From contig NC_092675.1 in NCBI RefSeq assembly GCF_964355755.1, forward strand, positions 10,597,812 to 10,661,811: a stretch of 64,000 nucleotides of DNA, read 5' to 3'. The position numbers were made by a program, and so were the translations under genes. The stretch is from Antedon mediterranea. Its lineage: Eukaryota; Animalia; Echinodermata. How positions within the stretch are numbered: the stretch's first letter is position 1; the number at the start of each line of letters is the position of its first letter. Positions 34,893 through 49,200 of this stretch are shown here, in pieces. Below the pieces are notes generated by a model. It was not told the origin of the DNA, searched no databases, and saw only the letters and a program-made list of their open reading frames with translations.

Positions 34893-37220
34893 ATTTCGCT
34901 GTCAGATAATCATTGAATTATTATCAAAACAGTCCATGAAAGTTTTTGTTTGTAATATGATACTTCACACTTGAAGTATCAAAGGCGTGATGAAGTGACC
35001 CCCAGACTTGACCTTAGCAATAAAATAAACTAAATTGAGTCGGTTTCATATCAAAGTTATTCACTTATGTAACAAAATTCACATTATAAAAAGAGAAAAG
35101 AAACGTTTAATTATAAATCAAAAACCATTGTCTGACAGACAATTGAAATATTTATTGCTTTTAATTACATTTTTTTCAGGTAAAATAACTATTATGTGAC
35201 AATAAAATGACACATTCAAAAACAAATTTGAAATAAAAAATATTTTTCAGAGAGACAATATATCTTTAAAACTGTTACGTCAATAAGCGAGCAGCGTTTT
35301 TTGTAAGAAATATTTCTTGTTATATCATATTAAATAATGTTTTTGAACACATTAACGGCCGCCAACTTGTTGGTTTCCCAATCGTTCTTATTACAGCTCT
35401 CTGGTGAGCTGTTACAAGACGAAGGCTATAGGGCGCACTCCAGACTGAAAAGTCAGAGCCTAGCCATATATTTATTATATCTGTGAAAAGTGATTCATGC
35501 GTATTATGGATTGGTTTAGCGCCCTCAAGTTTACGTATTTTGAAAAAAATTCTGCGTATTTTGGACGGATGTTCACCAACTCTTAATGGGAATTTCATAC
35601 TTTATACTGTATGGTTCTGAGAAACCATAACTATAGGCTTCCAATGAATCTTGTTAGCATAACAAATTGTAAACATAACTCTAAATAAGGAAGCACAAGA
35701 CATAAATTGTGCAGGATAATTTGTTTTTTATTAATTGGAATAATTAATATCAACAAGGGTACTAATAATTAATAACAAAACAATTTGTATCTATTATTAT
35801 ATTTTTTCTGAGAAGATACAACTGAAACATTTTTACAACAGTCACAAATACATAATTTCCAGTGTTTTAACATATAGGTAGAACTGTCAACTGCAACACA
35901 AATCACTTCACAGTAGTAGAATACAATGGTACAACTTTAATATTATTTCATCTATAGTATACCAAGTTTAATTCTGTCACCAAATGTATTCAACTTCTAC
36001 TGTTTCTTGATAGTAGTAGAAATAAAAGCTAAATGTTTAAATGTCATTACATTTGATTTCAGTCTCATTTTATAACTCGACATCATGCTGTATTCAAGTA
36101 CAATTTAACTTTCCTTGTTTCATTTTGTCCCTAGTAAATATTTTCACACAAAAACAAATAAATCCAATACAAAGATATATTTCTCGGCTTATATACAGTA
36201 AACAATATTTTTATGCTCTACTTGTACTTACTATTGACTGCCATAAATCAACTTAATATTTTACATTTAATTTACAACATATCAAATAAATATTTTTTTT
36301 TTTAGTACTTTACAGAAACTAGTAAATTAGTCTTGATACGTTACATGAAAAATATATGTTACATTCTGGAATAACTGAATAGCAAGAGCTTCAATAGCAA
36401 TAGGTTTTACCCAAAGTTAAAATTATAGATATGGGGAGAAACTTCACATGACGTTGAGGAAATAAATAATTTTACAAAAGCTTACAATGAATGAGTTATT
36501 AAATATTTACAATTTGTATCAATTTCTGTACATTCAAGCTTTATTTCAACACTCATCCACAAACTAAATTCTCAATATTTCTCACAGACTTGCATATCAA
36601 TTAATTCGGAAATCATACATCTGAAACACTAAATATACAACACCATCACACACTCTATCACACAAGGTATATGCGCCACTCATATTTACAATCCTTACCA
36701 GCACCTTGTACCAAAATTGCTTTTTTTTAAAACAAGTTTTCACCATTTTTATGATTTTTTTTGTCTTTTGTTTTTAAATGTATATTAATCATTATTAACA
36801 ATATAATATATAATAATATATATATTAATTACTCCTGTGCTGTGTATGCCCTCTTTTAATCATCAGTTTTACAATATTTTGTTTTATTTGTTTTTAACAA
36901 GAAACTAAATATTGATGGAACGGAAAACAATTTAGTAATTCGCACTTACAAAAATACATATACAAAATGAAGCTGCATCTCAAGGGTTATCAATGTTCAG
37001 GAGCTTTTCACAGAAATGCCTACTGTTTAATATTCACTCTGTGACAATAAGCTATACCCTGTATAATAATAGACAACCGAGGCTAAACATTACATTTAAT
37101 GGCACTTCATCAATATAATTGGTGGCTGACACTTGTTTACATTTTTTCTGGTTTATCATCATTATTTTCCCTTCATTAATACTCAACATATTATATTTCT
37201 ATATCTACATAAAGGTCTTG

Positions 37221-37238
37221 TTATGCCATTGTTTTTAT
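37221..37238 (-). CDS. Gene A last coding exon (IKTMA*)
   Basis: Strong pyrimidine tract TTTTCTTTTTCTTCCAG, phase 0, stop after 5 codons. Confidence 0.6.
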   Translation of the reverse strand: MKTMA

Positions 37239-40200
37239 CTGGAAGAAAAAGAAAATGTGCATGTTTAAAAACAATTATTTAGGCATATGTTATCTAACTA
37301 TAGAGTTCACATCATCAACTGTGGTACCACATGATTCACAGGGCTATTTGCTATCTGGTAGTGGACAGGCGTTTTGTGCTGTGGTGACACCCATGTCGGG
37401 CATATTAATAAGGGCTAAAAAAGTTTAAAAGGTTAAAAAAAACCTTGCCTATGTATTTAGCGCGTCAAAAAAACACATCCGCCTACTGACTGGAATATTT
37501 TTGGCAAACATATATTAGGTATATTAAGTATGTGGGTATTCAATATTTAAGCACCCATGCCTCAGCCACAGTGTAGTCTAAACATTTCTTCTTTCTAGTT
37601 GCATCTCTAAATTGAATGGTTCCTTTCATGGTAATTTATACTTTTGTAATACTATTAATTGCATTTACATGCAATTAGAATCAAACAGGTGAAATATTTT
37701 TTTAAATATAACAATACAATACTTACAGGTAAATATTGGCCAGGATTGTGTTCATATTTTTCTGGATGGTGTAAAAATAGTTGTTGATCATCTTCAGTTG
37801 TTTTTCTGTATACTGGATTATCAAAGTTCATTGACTTTCTTCTATTCTTAGAGCTTAAATACCTAAAGGAAAATTTAAATGTAAACAAAATTGGTTTTAA
37901 AACAGTATCAAATCAAATGATACAGGAGACTGTAAACATAAAAAAACAAGTACAAGGTAGGTAATTAGTTTGAACATGAGGGCTTGCCTGATCTGACTGC
38001 GACAAAAAACCAACAGTAGGGTACAACGTACATATTTTCCGCGGCGCACAGTGTCTGCAGTGTGGAACTAATTATGTCGCAGCCACAGATAAATCATTAG
38101 ATATCCAGAGCTCAGTATCCTGTTAGATATTGCCTTTGTTTGAAAAACAGAAAGTGTACATACCTCCACCCTACAAAAGCTATAATGATGACAACTATAA
38201 TGATGAAAACCAGACCGCCAACCACTCCACTTATAATGACGGATGGAGCTGTATGTCGTCCCTGGTCTAATGCATCATTATTGGGCACCTCATTTTCATG
38301 GTTGTTGTTTTTATTGGTTACTTTGTTGTCAATGTTGTTGCTCAGTGTGGTAATAGATGGCACACTTGTGGTAACAGGTGGTGGTGTTAATGGATTCTTT
38401 TCAGAGCCATGACATGTTCGAAGATCAGATGTGAGTGAAGAGTTAGAAGGACAAAGACATGAATATTTAGCCGAACCATCGCTGATTTTAGGAGCAGCTA
38501 CACAGAGGTCAGAACATCCACCATTATGTCCTTCACATAAGTTAACAATACCTGTTAAAAAAACAAACCCTCTTTAGCGATCATTATACTATAGTACACA
38601 AAATAATTATCTCAAATTATTATTATTTGCAATAATCATTATAAATGGCTAAAACCACAATATTTGCATAATTGATAGGACATTATAAAAATATAAAACA
38701 TCAAAATAAGACCCCTTACTATATAATAATACAATTATTAAATTGCAATATGAATTTTGAATACTTTAAGATTCAAACCTTATGGAACGAATCATACCAT
38801 GTTTTAGTAATGCAATTATTTTGATTACAACAATATATCTTACCATCTATTTGTTTTTGTGGATGATATATCTGGATATCCATTGGTGAGTAGAGCCTTT
38901 CAACAAGAGTCGTTCGGTTTCCACCATTGAATTTATTAGCTCTAATAATGCTCTCCTTCTGCCAATCAGTCCAGTAGACATAGTCTTCAAATACAGTAAT
39001 TGCAAATGGATGCGGTAGAATAGTATCGGATTGAAGGATGATGCGTCTTGCTTGGCCATTGTAGTCCATACTGTTTAGTGTATGTCTTTTAGCATCAACC
39101 CAGAAGAGAAGATCTTGTACAAGATCAGAAGCAAGACCATTCGGCCAGTCGATGTCTGTGTCAATAAGAGTTACCCTGTGTTGTCCATTCATTCCTGCTC
39201 GTTCAATCTTTGCTGCTTGTCCCCAATCAGACCAGAACATGTACCTGCAAATGTATCAAATATACCATATTTCATATACCTTTTAAAAATTAAATCACCA
39301 ACTGTAAGAAAAATAACTAAGGTGGCCAATGTACTCGTTTATTGTTGGCAAAAATATTTTCATTGTGAACAGATTTACTTACCCTACTCTTGGGTCAATA
39401 GTGATAGCTCTAGGCTCATCTAGATTTTCAGAAATCAGAATGGCACGTTTGCTGGGATCTTCAAGACTTGCTACTTCAATGGTGTTGGTACCAGCATCTG
39501 TCCAATACATATTTCGGTATACCCAGTCAATACAGATGCCATCTGGTGTGTTGGCTACAGTGATAACAGGTTCAGGTTCACCGCTGCCATTGATGTTGGT
39601 ACGGAAGATCTGTTCAAGGTTCACGTCGGTCCAGTAAACTTGTTCATTCTTTATGTCATAATCAAGAGCAACGGCACTTCTCTGATGGTCCACAATCATT
39701 CTGTATTCCTTCTTTCTCGGGTCATATTCACGTAAATCAACACGGTTTGCAAAGATGACCAGTGGGTCAGGACCGATTGCTCGGCAGTATGAATCGTGTT
39801 CAAGAAAATAACCTGGCTTGCAGAAACATTTATAGCCACCATTAAGGTTAGTGCATTCTTGGCTGCAAACCTTTGGATTAAATTGCTTACATTCATCAAT
39901 ATCTATGCACTGGTTCACCTCATTCAACTTAAAACCAGAAGAGCAGGAACAGTAAAAGCCAATGTTTAAGTCATGGCAAATGGCACTGTTGCTACAGTTG
40001 TGTGTATTTGTGCTACATTCATCAACATCTGTAAATAAAATAATAGTATAACTGTTAAATAGAAAATTCTCTTTCAATTTAGAAATATATAAATAATTAA
40101 TGTTTACGAGTGCAATGGCACAAATATTTTCAAGGTGAAAATAGAACATTTTATTTTTCAAATGAAAATTGCTGTTCCACTGGATGAATATTGATACATC

Positions 40201-43200
40201 ACTACCTTAAAATGATAACAAGAATCAACATACATAATACCATATAATGCACTGCATATCAGGTGTACCCACCTAGCTATAGTCGCAAAACTGGCAGTTG
40301 CCATTTTTTGTTCTAAACCTAAGGAGATATATATATTCAATGGCTAAACAGAAAAACTTACTACACTTAGAGGGATCTTCATCTGATCCATCGCCACAGT
40401 CTGGCTGACCATTGCAAGTCTTGGCCGCATTTATACATTTGCCATTGTTGCAACGGAAATCATCATTTGTATTGCATTCTTTAGGAGCTGTAAAGAATTT
40501 TAAATTAATTGTTTTATCAAGATGAAGTATACTATCCAAAATATGGCAGAAAATGAGTAAGTAAAATGTCCGTTGGAACAACTTTTTGTCGGAGATGTTC
40601 CCATCATCCTACCATACATCTTCGTTATTGAAAATTGAGCTAATTGGCAGTAGAAAATTAGAAAGTATAAATGTAGTGATTTACTTACCAGTAGGACATA
40701 AAACATGTTCATCTGAATTGTCTGTGCAATCAGCATGTCCATCACATTCACGGATTCCATCAATACATTCTCCATTAGTACAGGTAAACTGTGTTTCATA
40801 ACAGGTGACCACAGCTGTTTACAAAAGAAACAAATATTTAATGATAACACTTAACAAAAAATGACTTGTTTAGAACAGCAATTTCATCTAAATGTAAATG
40901 TGGGAGAATAACTTACAGGGCTGAATTTTGCACAACTATCTTTCCCCTGAAGTGTCATAAAGCTACCATCAAACAGCGCTCTTTTGTCTGTTCACATTGG
41001 CCACTCAATTAACCTCATTAATGCCAATGCTATTTTTACAATGTTTTTATTATACCAAAATATTGTTTAATACAATAAAATGCACACTTACGACATCCAC
41101 TTTCATCAGAACCGTCGGTGCAGTCACGTCCTCCATCGCATTTCCAACTTGTGTGAATGCATTCCCCATTATTACATTCAAACTCGCGATTTGAACAATG
41201 GCTGTGGTGTGGCGTTGGGGTACATTGGTCGCTGGATTCATCAGACAGGTCAGGACAATCATAGTCTGCATCACACTTCCATCGTTCAGGAATGCAATGG
41301 GAGTTATTGCACATGAATTCATTGGGGGCACATGTGATTGGAGGGCAAGACAGTTCATCGCTGTTATCACCACAATCATCGTCTAGGTCACACACCCAAC
41401 GATTTGTGATACATTTTCCATTTGAACAGGTGAATTCATCAGCAGTACATGTTACAGCATCTAAATATAAATTTATAATTTAGATTTTAGGGGGCTTTTA
41501 GTAAAATTACAAATTCTACAAGATATGTATTAAGAGGGCGATAAACACTTGATAGGGTATGTTTCTACTGCATACTGTAGCGCTGAATAAACCGCATTTC
41601 TGCTCCCAAAAAAACTGTTTAAATTTGTGGTTGGTGTTGAATAGTGTTAAAATTACCCAAAATGCAAAGCAATCTGACAGTAAAATGTTCAAGATACTAA
41701 AGTTTCCAATATTAATCATTATTTTGCGATGCAGCTAAAAGTTGCAGTGATAACCGGTTAAATCGTGTTTTAACACCAAATCAATTGGGATGTTTTAAGC
41801 GTTATTTCCAGGCTGCTATTAAACCGGTTATTGAAAATTTGTCCCATTTCTGCTGCCAAGAAATTGGGGTTAATTTATTCACACAGTTATTAATCAGCTA
41901 TATTTTCTCAGCAGAAACAGAACCATAAAATGTTACTTACCACAGTTAGCTTCATCGGCACCATTGTCACAATCTGGGTCACGATCACATTGCCATGTTG
42001 CAGGAATACAAATGCTACCTTCCCCACAACTAAATTGGTCTGGTCTACAAGTTCTTGCTTCTACAACAATTAAAATACACAATGTAGAGATTATTATGGT
42101 ATTGGTTACAATACAATTGTGGCAATGCATTGAATAATTATCAATAGAAAAAATAGTTGCTATAGCCCCCTTGTACATGACAAAATAACAATGTTTCAAA
42201 AAATGTATGTAGTTCTTAATACCAATAGCTTAGTCTTCGTTTTATGTTGAACTGTAAAAGATTAAAAGTTATAACTCCAGTCTCTTGTGTAACAAAGTTA
42301 ATAAATACCACATTGATCATACTTGGCAAAAACAAGTTTTTTAACAACTGTACACTCCTTAAGTTGATGCCAATTCTATTAATGAATATTATGGTTTAAA
42401 GGAATGTCATTATACTGTATTTGTATTATTAAATAAATACATTACAGTTTACACAACAATGTGATGTTAAACTACAAAATCCTTAAACCCCTCAAGACAT
42501 GCTGAAATAAATTCCATGTGACCTCTATACAGGATCATAACCTTATAACCTTCACAAGTGGTTACAGTCTTAGTGGAGCCATATTTTAAAGTCTTTATGA
42601 CCGAAACCATGGCGTGAAGAATTCTTTACTTCATGACCTTACTAAATAACCATTATTAAGTTCATAAAATTAAATATTTATTTAAAACATTTATATACTA
42701 TAATTAAAAAGTAAACTAAGGAAATCTGAGAAAAATCTATTATTTTGTAATGTCTCCGTTTCCCTCTCTGAAACAAATTAAACTTTAAAATATGTTTTTC
42801 CCACATATTTTCCCTATCTCGCACCAATAGTCTAGCTTCATCACTGTTTACCAATAATAATTATTAATGCGCTAACACTAATAGAATTGATTGTTGAACT
42901 ACAAAGACAAATAAAATTATCACACAAGAGTTATGGCATCATATTATAAAGATCATACCACCATGTCATCAGTCCAAAGTTTAAGTTTCTATTTCATTAT
43001 GTTACAAATTTTTATTGATTTGTCAATACAATACAGCCAAGCCTATTGGCTGCGAATTTTCACAATGACTGATAGGAAAAAAGGGAAACTAAAGTTCAGT
43101 TACTTCTAAAGCGACTTACTACAAACAAGACAAATCATGCATTCTCTATCATAACAATTTCAAATAAAATTTCAAAAGTGTCCTAATAAAATCATACAGA

Positions 43201-46200
43201 GGGGATCATTTTTCAATAATCACAAAATTAAAATAAGTGATAAAAATCATACTGTATTCATTCAAAAATAACTTTGCTTTGTTTGAAAGTACTTGTTTTA
43301 CTTTTAATCTATGTATAAATAAATGTGTTTCTAATAAAAAAATTAATGAAGTACAGTAGTTGCAGAGAAACCAAAGATCTAAAATCCTGTTGAGCCGAAT
43401 TCCATGCCATAAAATTTGGTTGGAATGTCTGCTGATAGCTCGAAATATGAACAAATTCATTATTGATCGAAATGTTGATTTGTTTGGCTATTCTAAAAGA
43501 ATATGGGATCGGCTACCAGTATGATGATCCTCATTTTTCAGTCAAGCTTGAGGACCAGAATAAATACCAAATTACTTACGACATATTTTGGAATTTTCAT
43601 CAGACTGGTCATTGCAGTCAGGGTCTCCATCACATTGCCATCTGCTTGGAATACATTCCTGATTGCTACAAGTAAACTCTGTCGCACTGCATGTATTTTT
43701 AACTGTTAGTAAAACAAAAAGATACACAATTGATAAAAAATTGTTATAAAAACTTTTGTCGGATTTGTCTTTTGAAAATTGTAGGTGTTGCAAATTGCAC
43801 TCCTCAATACATTCAGGGGTGTGCTGTTTGTATTTCGGTGTGTAGTAGAAGTTTACCAAATTTTAAGTGTGTTGTAAATCACATTGGGGCAGGGCAGTAG
43901 GTGAGTGATCTTACTCACTCACCTCAAAAGGCAAGGCCTAATTTGTTTACCATGGACCAAGTCAATAAAGTACTCTTGTAATCTTATTCCTGTTTTGTTA
44001 GCAAGATATCATATCCCTTCTATGTATTGTAAATATACACAGTTTGATAAAGCACTTAACAAATCCATAAAAGATTGCTTGTCAAACAAAACAACTATAT
44101 AATAATTTGCCTTAAATATGTAAGGTATTCAATATAAAACCAGAAAAGTTAAGCTTTGCCAATTTACCAAGAATACAATTTCCTTTTCAGCGTGTCTTTT
44201 CTCCCACTGTTGAAAGAAAATCTACAGTATAGTCTGGAAGAAAGGCTTTATTGTGTCGCGGCCAAAACAAACACTGAAAACACCCGCATGTATTCAGCAT
44301 ATTTATGCATAGAAATTGTACTAACTCACTGCAGCTTGACTACACAAGTAATGCTGATTTAGCGAGCTAAGTAACTTCAACAAAATTCTTTCAGCAATAG
44401 ACTATTTTAAAAACAACATTTAAAATAACAGCGAGCATTTAAATATAAATCTAACTACAGTATACCATATCAGCTTAATACTTAATACTAGTCACAAATC
44501 ATCTACTGAAAAAACAAAAAAACGCTTCCAGATATCTTACATAAAAATGGAAGTTTCCTTCTGCCTGGAATTACACGGGGAATACGATGAGACAAAATTC
44601 CTCGCTCAACTCTAGTATTAGGCACTTCTTTGTCGGTATGTTTATTGGTGCTAAGACTACCAACACAAACTAAAATTGACACAAATAACAAGTATTCCTT
44701 GGTAGACATCTTTGGCAATATTGCTTGTGGTACAAAATCAAGGTTAAAAGAAACCAAAATCAAAACTTGCTTATCTGCTACCAATATCACGACTGAAATG
44801 CATCAGTGATCCCTTCTATATAGCAACAGGATTTAGTATTTACATTCTACATTCTTATTGGCATCGCCTACTACACCTATCTCTACCATGGTCATGGTTC
44901 ACTTCACACACAAAAATACTGCATCACCTCACAGGTTGTGATTGGTTATCGCAATGGTCTGACTATAAGACAACCAATCATCAACCTTGGCTCATAGTAA
45001 GACTATGAATGGGTGAAAACTAAACATATCAAAGAAATTTTAGATGACTACTTCCTCTTAAGCTGTATTATTAGTAAATAAAATCTACCCACACTAATAT
45101 TATTAGCTCAAATAATTAGATAATTAAAACCAACTTTGTATTTAAAAGACATGACTCTTAAACCATACCTACCATCAACATTTTTAGAATTTAATTATTA
45201 TATTAGTTATCGCGAAACAAGCATCAACCAACAGGTACAGTAACATGACTTTTGATACTACAGTACAGTAGGTAAAGTATTAATTATTAACTTCTTTTCG
45301 CAGCATGAGAGCAATTATCATTGCATTATATGTTTTTTTTTTGTTCCAGTGGTTTCCTAAAAACCTGTTTGGGCAAGATTTAATTATCCTGTTTGCTGCC
45401 CTCATCTTTTGAATAATGTATTATAATCAGACCACTTTTTTTATTGACAACTCTGCATTATAATGCAAATTAGTCTCTATGCTAAATTTAATGAATGGTG
45501 GTGAAGTTGAAATGGTATTGATTAGTTGGTAGCATAGCTTCACAATTGAAATTTATATAACATGTATTTTTATGCATCAGTAATTAAAAGTAAAAGTTAG
45601 ATTCCTTGGGGTTGAATAACAAACTCAAACCCTTTTTAGGCTAGGCACAGTAGCTAGATAATAGCCGGCAAGCCTCTCTACACTCGGAAAAGATGGCTAA
45701 AATGCGTTTTTTTTTTCATTTGGTCATTATACTGTATATTATTAACAGTGGCAATGCTACAAGCACGCCAAGGCAAAAATGCCTTTGCAAAATTAGTGAA
45801 AGGCCCAACATTTTCTTTCACAAAATCAATATTTTTAGAGCAAAATTAAAAATTTTATTTTTGGTTTAATAATGTGTGGTGCCTTTAGTTTCAAAGTTGC
45901 AATATTGTTTAGCATGTTCATTTCAAAACTAGCAAATGTTTGCTAGAATTTTGTAATTTGGGAAAAAATAGGCTTACAGTAGGCACGCTAGCCGCTATAT
46001 AATGTCGTCAATGGCTATTCAGAACCAATTTGATGAAAACAATTGTTACATCTACTGTACATGTCAACACTGTACATACGTCAAGGAAAACCGGAATAGC
46101 AGCACTATGAATCATGTGATAAAGTAGCACAGTTGATAAAAATGTGTGTTATAAACAGCAAGCATTGTCCAAACACATTAACTACGCTCACCCTAAGGTC

Positions 46201-49200
46201 AAATTTTCTTTCGCAAAATTTGCAAAAGGTCTGCAATTTTTTTTCCGCAAAATTGAAAATTCTTTAGCAAATTTTAAAAACCATGAAAATGGCTAAATTT
46301 ATTGGTAGATACATGAAATAAATATATAGATTGTTGTCTTGTATTGTTTTTATCTTTATTCATTCAAAATTGATGATAAAAATACAAATAAAACATGACC
46401 CATTAAAATATGTTAGGCCTACTGTATCTACTGCAGCCTCACCGACCTGACGCGATACCAGTCGCCACGGCCATAACTTATAGGAGGCCTATTCAACGGT
46501 TGACTAGGCCTATGCCACAGCCGAGTCATGTATGATCGCCGTCGGGCCTCTATCAATTATCAGCATATGCAGCCTGCCTGGATAAAGTTTTTTATCACAA
46601 ACAATATGAATTAATAAATAGTTTTCGTTTGTGTTTTATGCTTCTTATTCACTCGCGAAAACATTGTAACACACCACAAACGAACTACGACGTCGGCGGA
46701 ATGTCCATGCATCATGTTTGTTATTGCGCGATATTTTCATCAGATACACATGCGCAGTTTGTTTGTAATTACAATTACTGTGCATGTCTATGCATAAAAG
46801 AAATTCTCCTTAGTCGGCCGCGTGTACATTTACAGACAACGCGATTTACAACTACTCGTCTGTACAATTAGTAAGCCTCCTAACGGAAAACTCGTTTTAA
46901 TTTATTCGAATGACGCAAAAAAAAGTCATTGTTAGCAAGTACTGCAACGCAACATCGCTGTCAATTATTATAGAATGGCGACGGCGGCGACAAAGTCGTT
47001 GTGGTTTGCATAAAACTTTAATATTTGAAGCCTAACTAAGCGGACGAAGTTTGAGTTTTTAAGGAAAAATTATTTTCGCAAGTTTTGCGAATGATATAAT
47101 TTTTTTTTCCGCGAATTGACAACTCCAATCGCAAATTGCAAAAATGCGAATGGGCAGCTTGAGCATAAATTAAATCATGTGTATTTAATACGTCGCTGAT
47201 GATTACATCAGTCACGTGATTATAGAATACGCAATTATCAATTTAGCGATTTAACTAAATAAATCTTTTGACTACACATTGGTTGAAGAAGCACTGTTTT
47301 ATAGGGTTCGTAATACTAAACACCCCCATAATTGATGGACTCCACCACAAAGGATTCATCAAGCAAGAAAAAAGTCACCAAAGAAATGCCGTTTTCAAAC
47401 TATTAATTTAGCGACGATGATCAGCTGGCCCACCATTAATTTTTTAGAATAGCATCTTTTTCATTTTCGTACACTACGTCGTGCTATGTTTTTTTTTAGG
47501 TTTGCGGGGTTTAGCAATTTACTTTTTAACCAAAAAATGATGTTTTACCCCAAAAATAAAAATAACGAGTATTTTTGTACAGTACACTACACGATTCACT
47601 GACTTTTATGTTGGTTCGAAGGGTTTGCTCGTCTTTCTGGAGGTTTGCGATGTTTAGCAAAACCCATACATAGAATACAAACTAAACACAATATAAAGTC
47701 ACTTCTTTCTAAACAGGCCCTACAGTACATTAGTCGGGATATATTTATTATTTTTTTCAATTCAACTTTTATTTCAGACAATTGTCCATATGGTATAATA
47801 CATTACAAAAAAAAAGATGAAGGAGCAACTTTTATCTATTGGTATATAATGACTCTCCATTTGAATCCATCAACAAATATTTATATACAGTACAAATTAA
47901 CATTCTGTTTTCGCTTTTCATTTTTCTTGTAAGAAATCGGTTGTAAGAAATCGGTAAGTCGAAATCCTCAAATATTCATAAAATGATGAAATATTGTTTT
48001 CCACAAACAAATTCGACTCCGCCCAAGTCGAAATTCGCGTACAGTAAGTAAAAAAATAAAAATAGAAAGTAAAATATTTATGAAAGTCCAAATTCTTTCC
48101 TATACATTAGTCATTACTGTGTAATTATTATTGTAAGTCAAACTATCGCGACTAGTGAGTGGACCTAGAATTTTTTTTACAAATCTGCAAGTCAAAGTTT
48201 GCATAACTCAAACTTTTTATACCACTCCCATTAGATTTGACTAAGGCAGAGTGTACTGTAGTTTTATTACAACTAGGAGTTTGCCTGTTTGATGTAATTA
48301 ATATTAAAAAGTATAACATTTCACATTTAGCCTAGAGTACAGAATTATTAATCAGATTGAGAATAGTAAAAACACAAGGGTGCTAAAATCTTAACAAGTA
48401 CAGTACAGTACAGAATTTCTTGTATGAGGTGATCACTTTGGAGGAAATTAATACTTTGACCTCTGTACAGTGGAAAAATTGCATTGTACAATATTACTCA
48501 TGAACAAATTTCTTTTATTGAAACTACACCTTTACACTAGTATACAGTAAAACATACAACAAAACAGATTCTATTTTTTTAAAACCTACCTACTCAATCT
48601 CAGTAAATTTAAACAAGTGTAACATACTACACATTCTTACTTAATTGCATAATTTAACTTAGTTAGATTGATAATCAGTACTTTTATAATTTCATGTAGG
48701 AAGGAATTTATAAAGTAAAATTCATTCATTCAGGCAAAAACATTCTTCAAATAATTCTAGCTGCATATTATGAAGGTGTGTTAGCAATTGACCAATCAGA
48801 TCACAGCTACAAAAGGGCTGGTCATGCATCATTCAGCCTGACCAATCAGGTGAATTTACAGTTTACTACTCAGACTCTACACTTTGAGTCTAGTGCATGC
48901 AGTGCCACAGCATTTATAAACCAGGAAAAAGGGAAATATAGGCTAGGCCTAGTCCTGGTTTCTATAAATGTTTGTATAATTTATAAACTTTTAACCAATG
49001 TGCATACAAAATTATCACAATTGGCATTCTTTTATAATTTAATGAAAAAATTGCAATTGAGGAAATTGCATTTATGCATACCACAATCTTGCTCATCAGA
49101 TCCATCTCCACAATCATTTTCACCATCACATTTCCAAACTGCAGGTATACATCTGTCTGTCCGACATTGAAATTGGTCAGGGCCACATCCACCTAAATAA

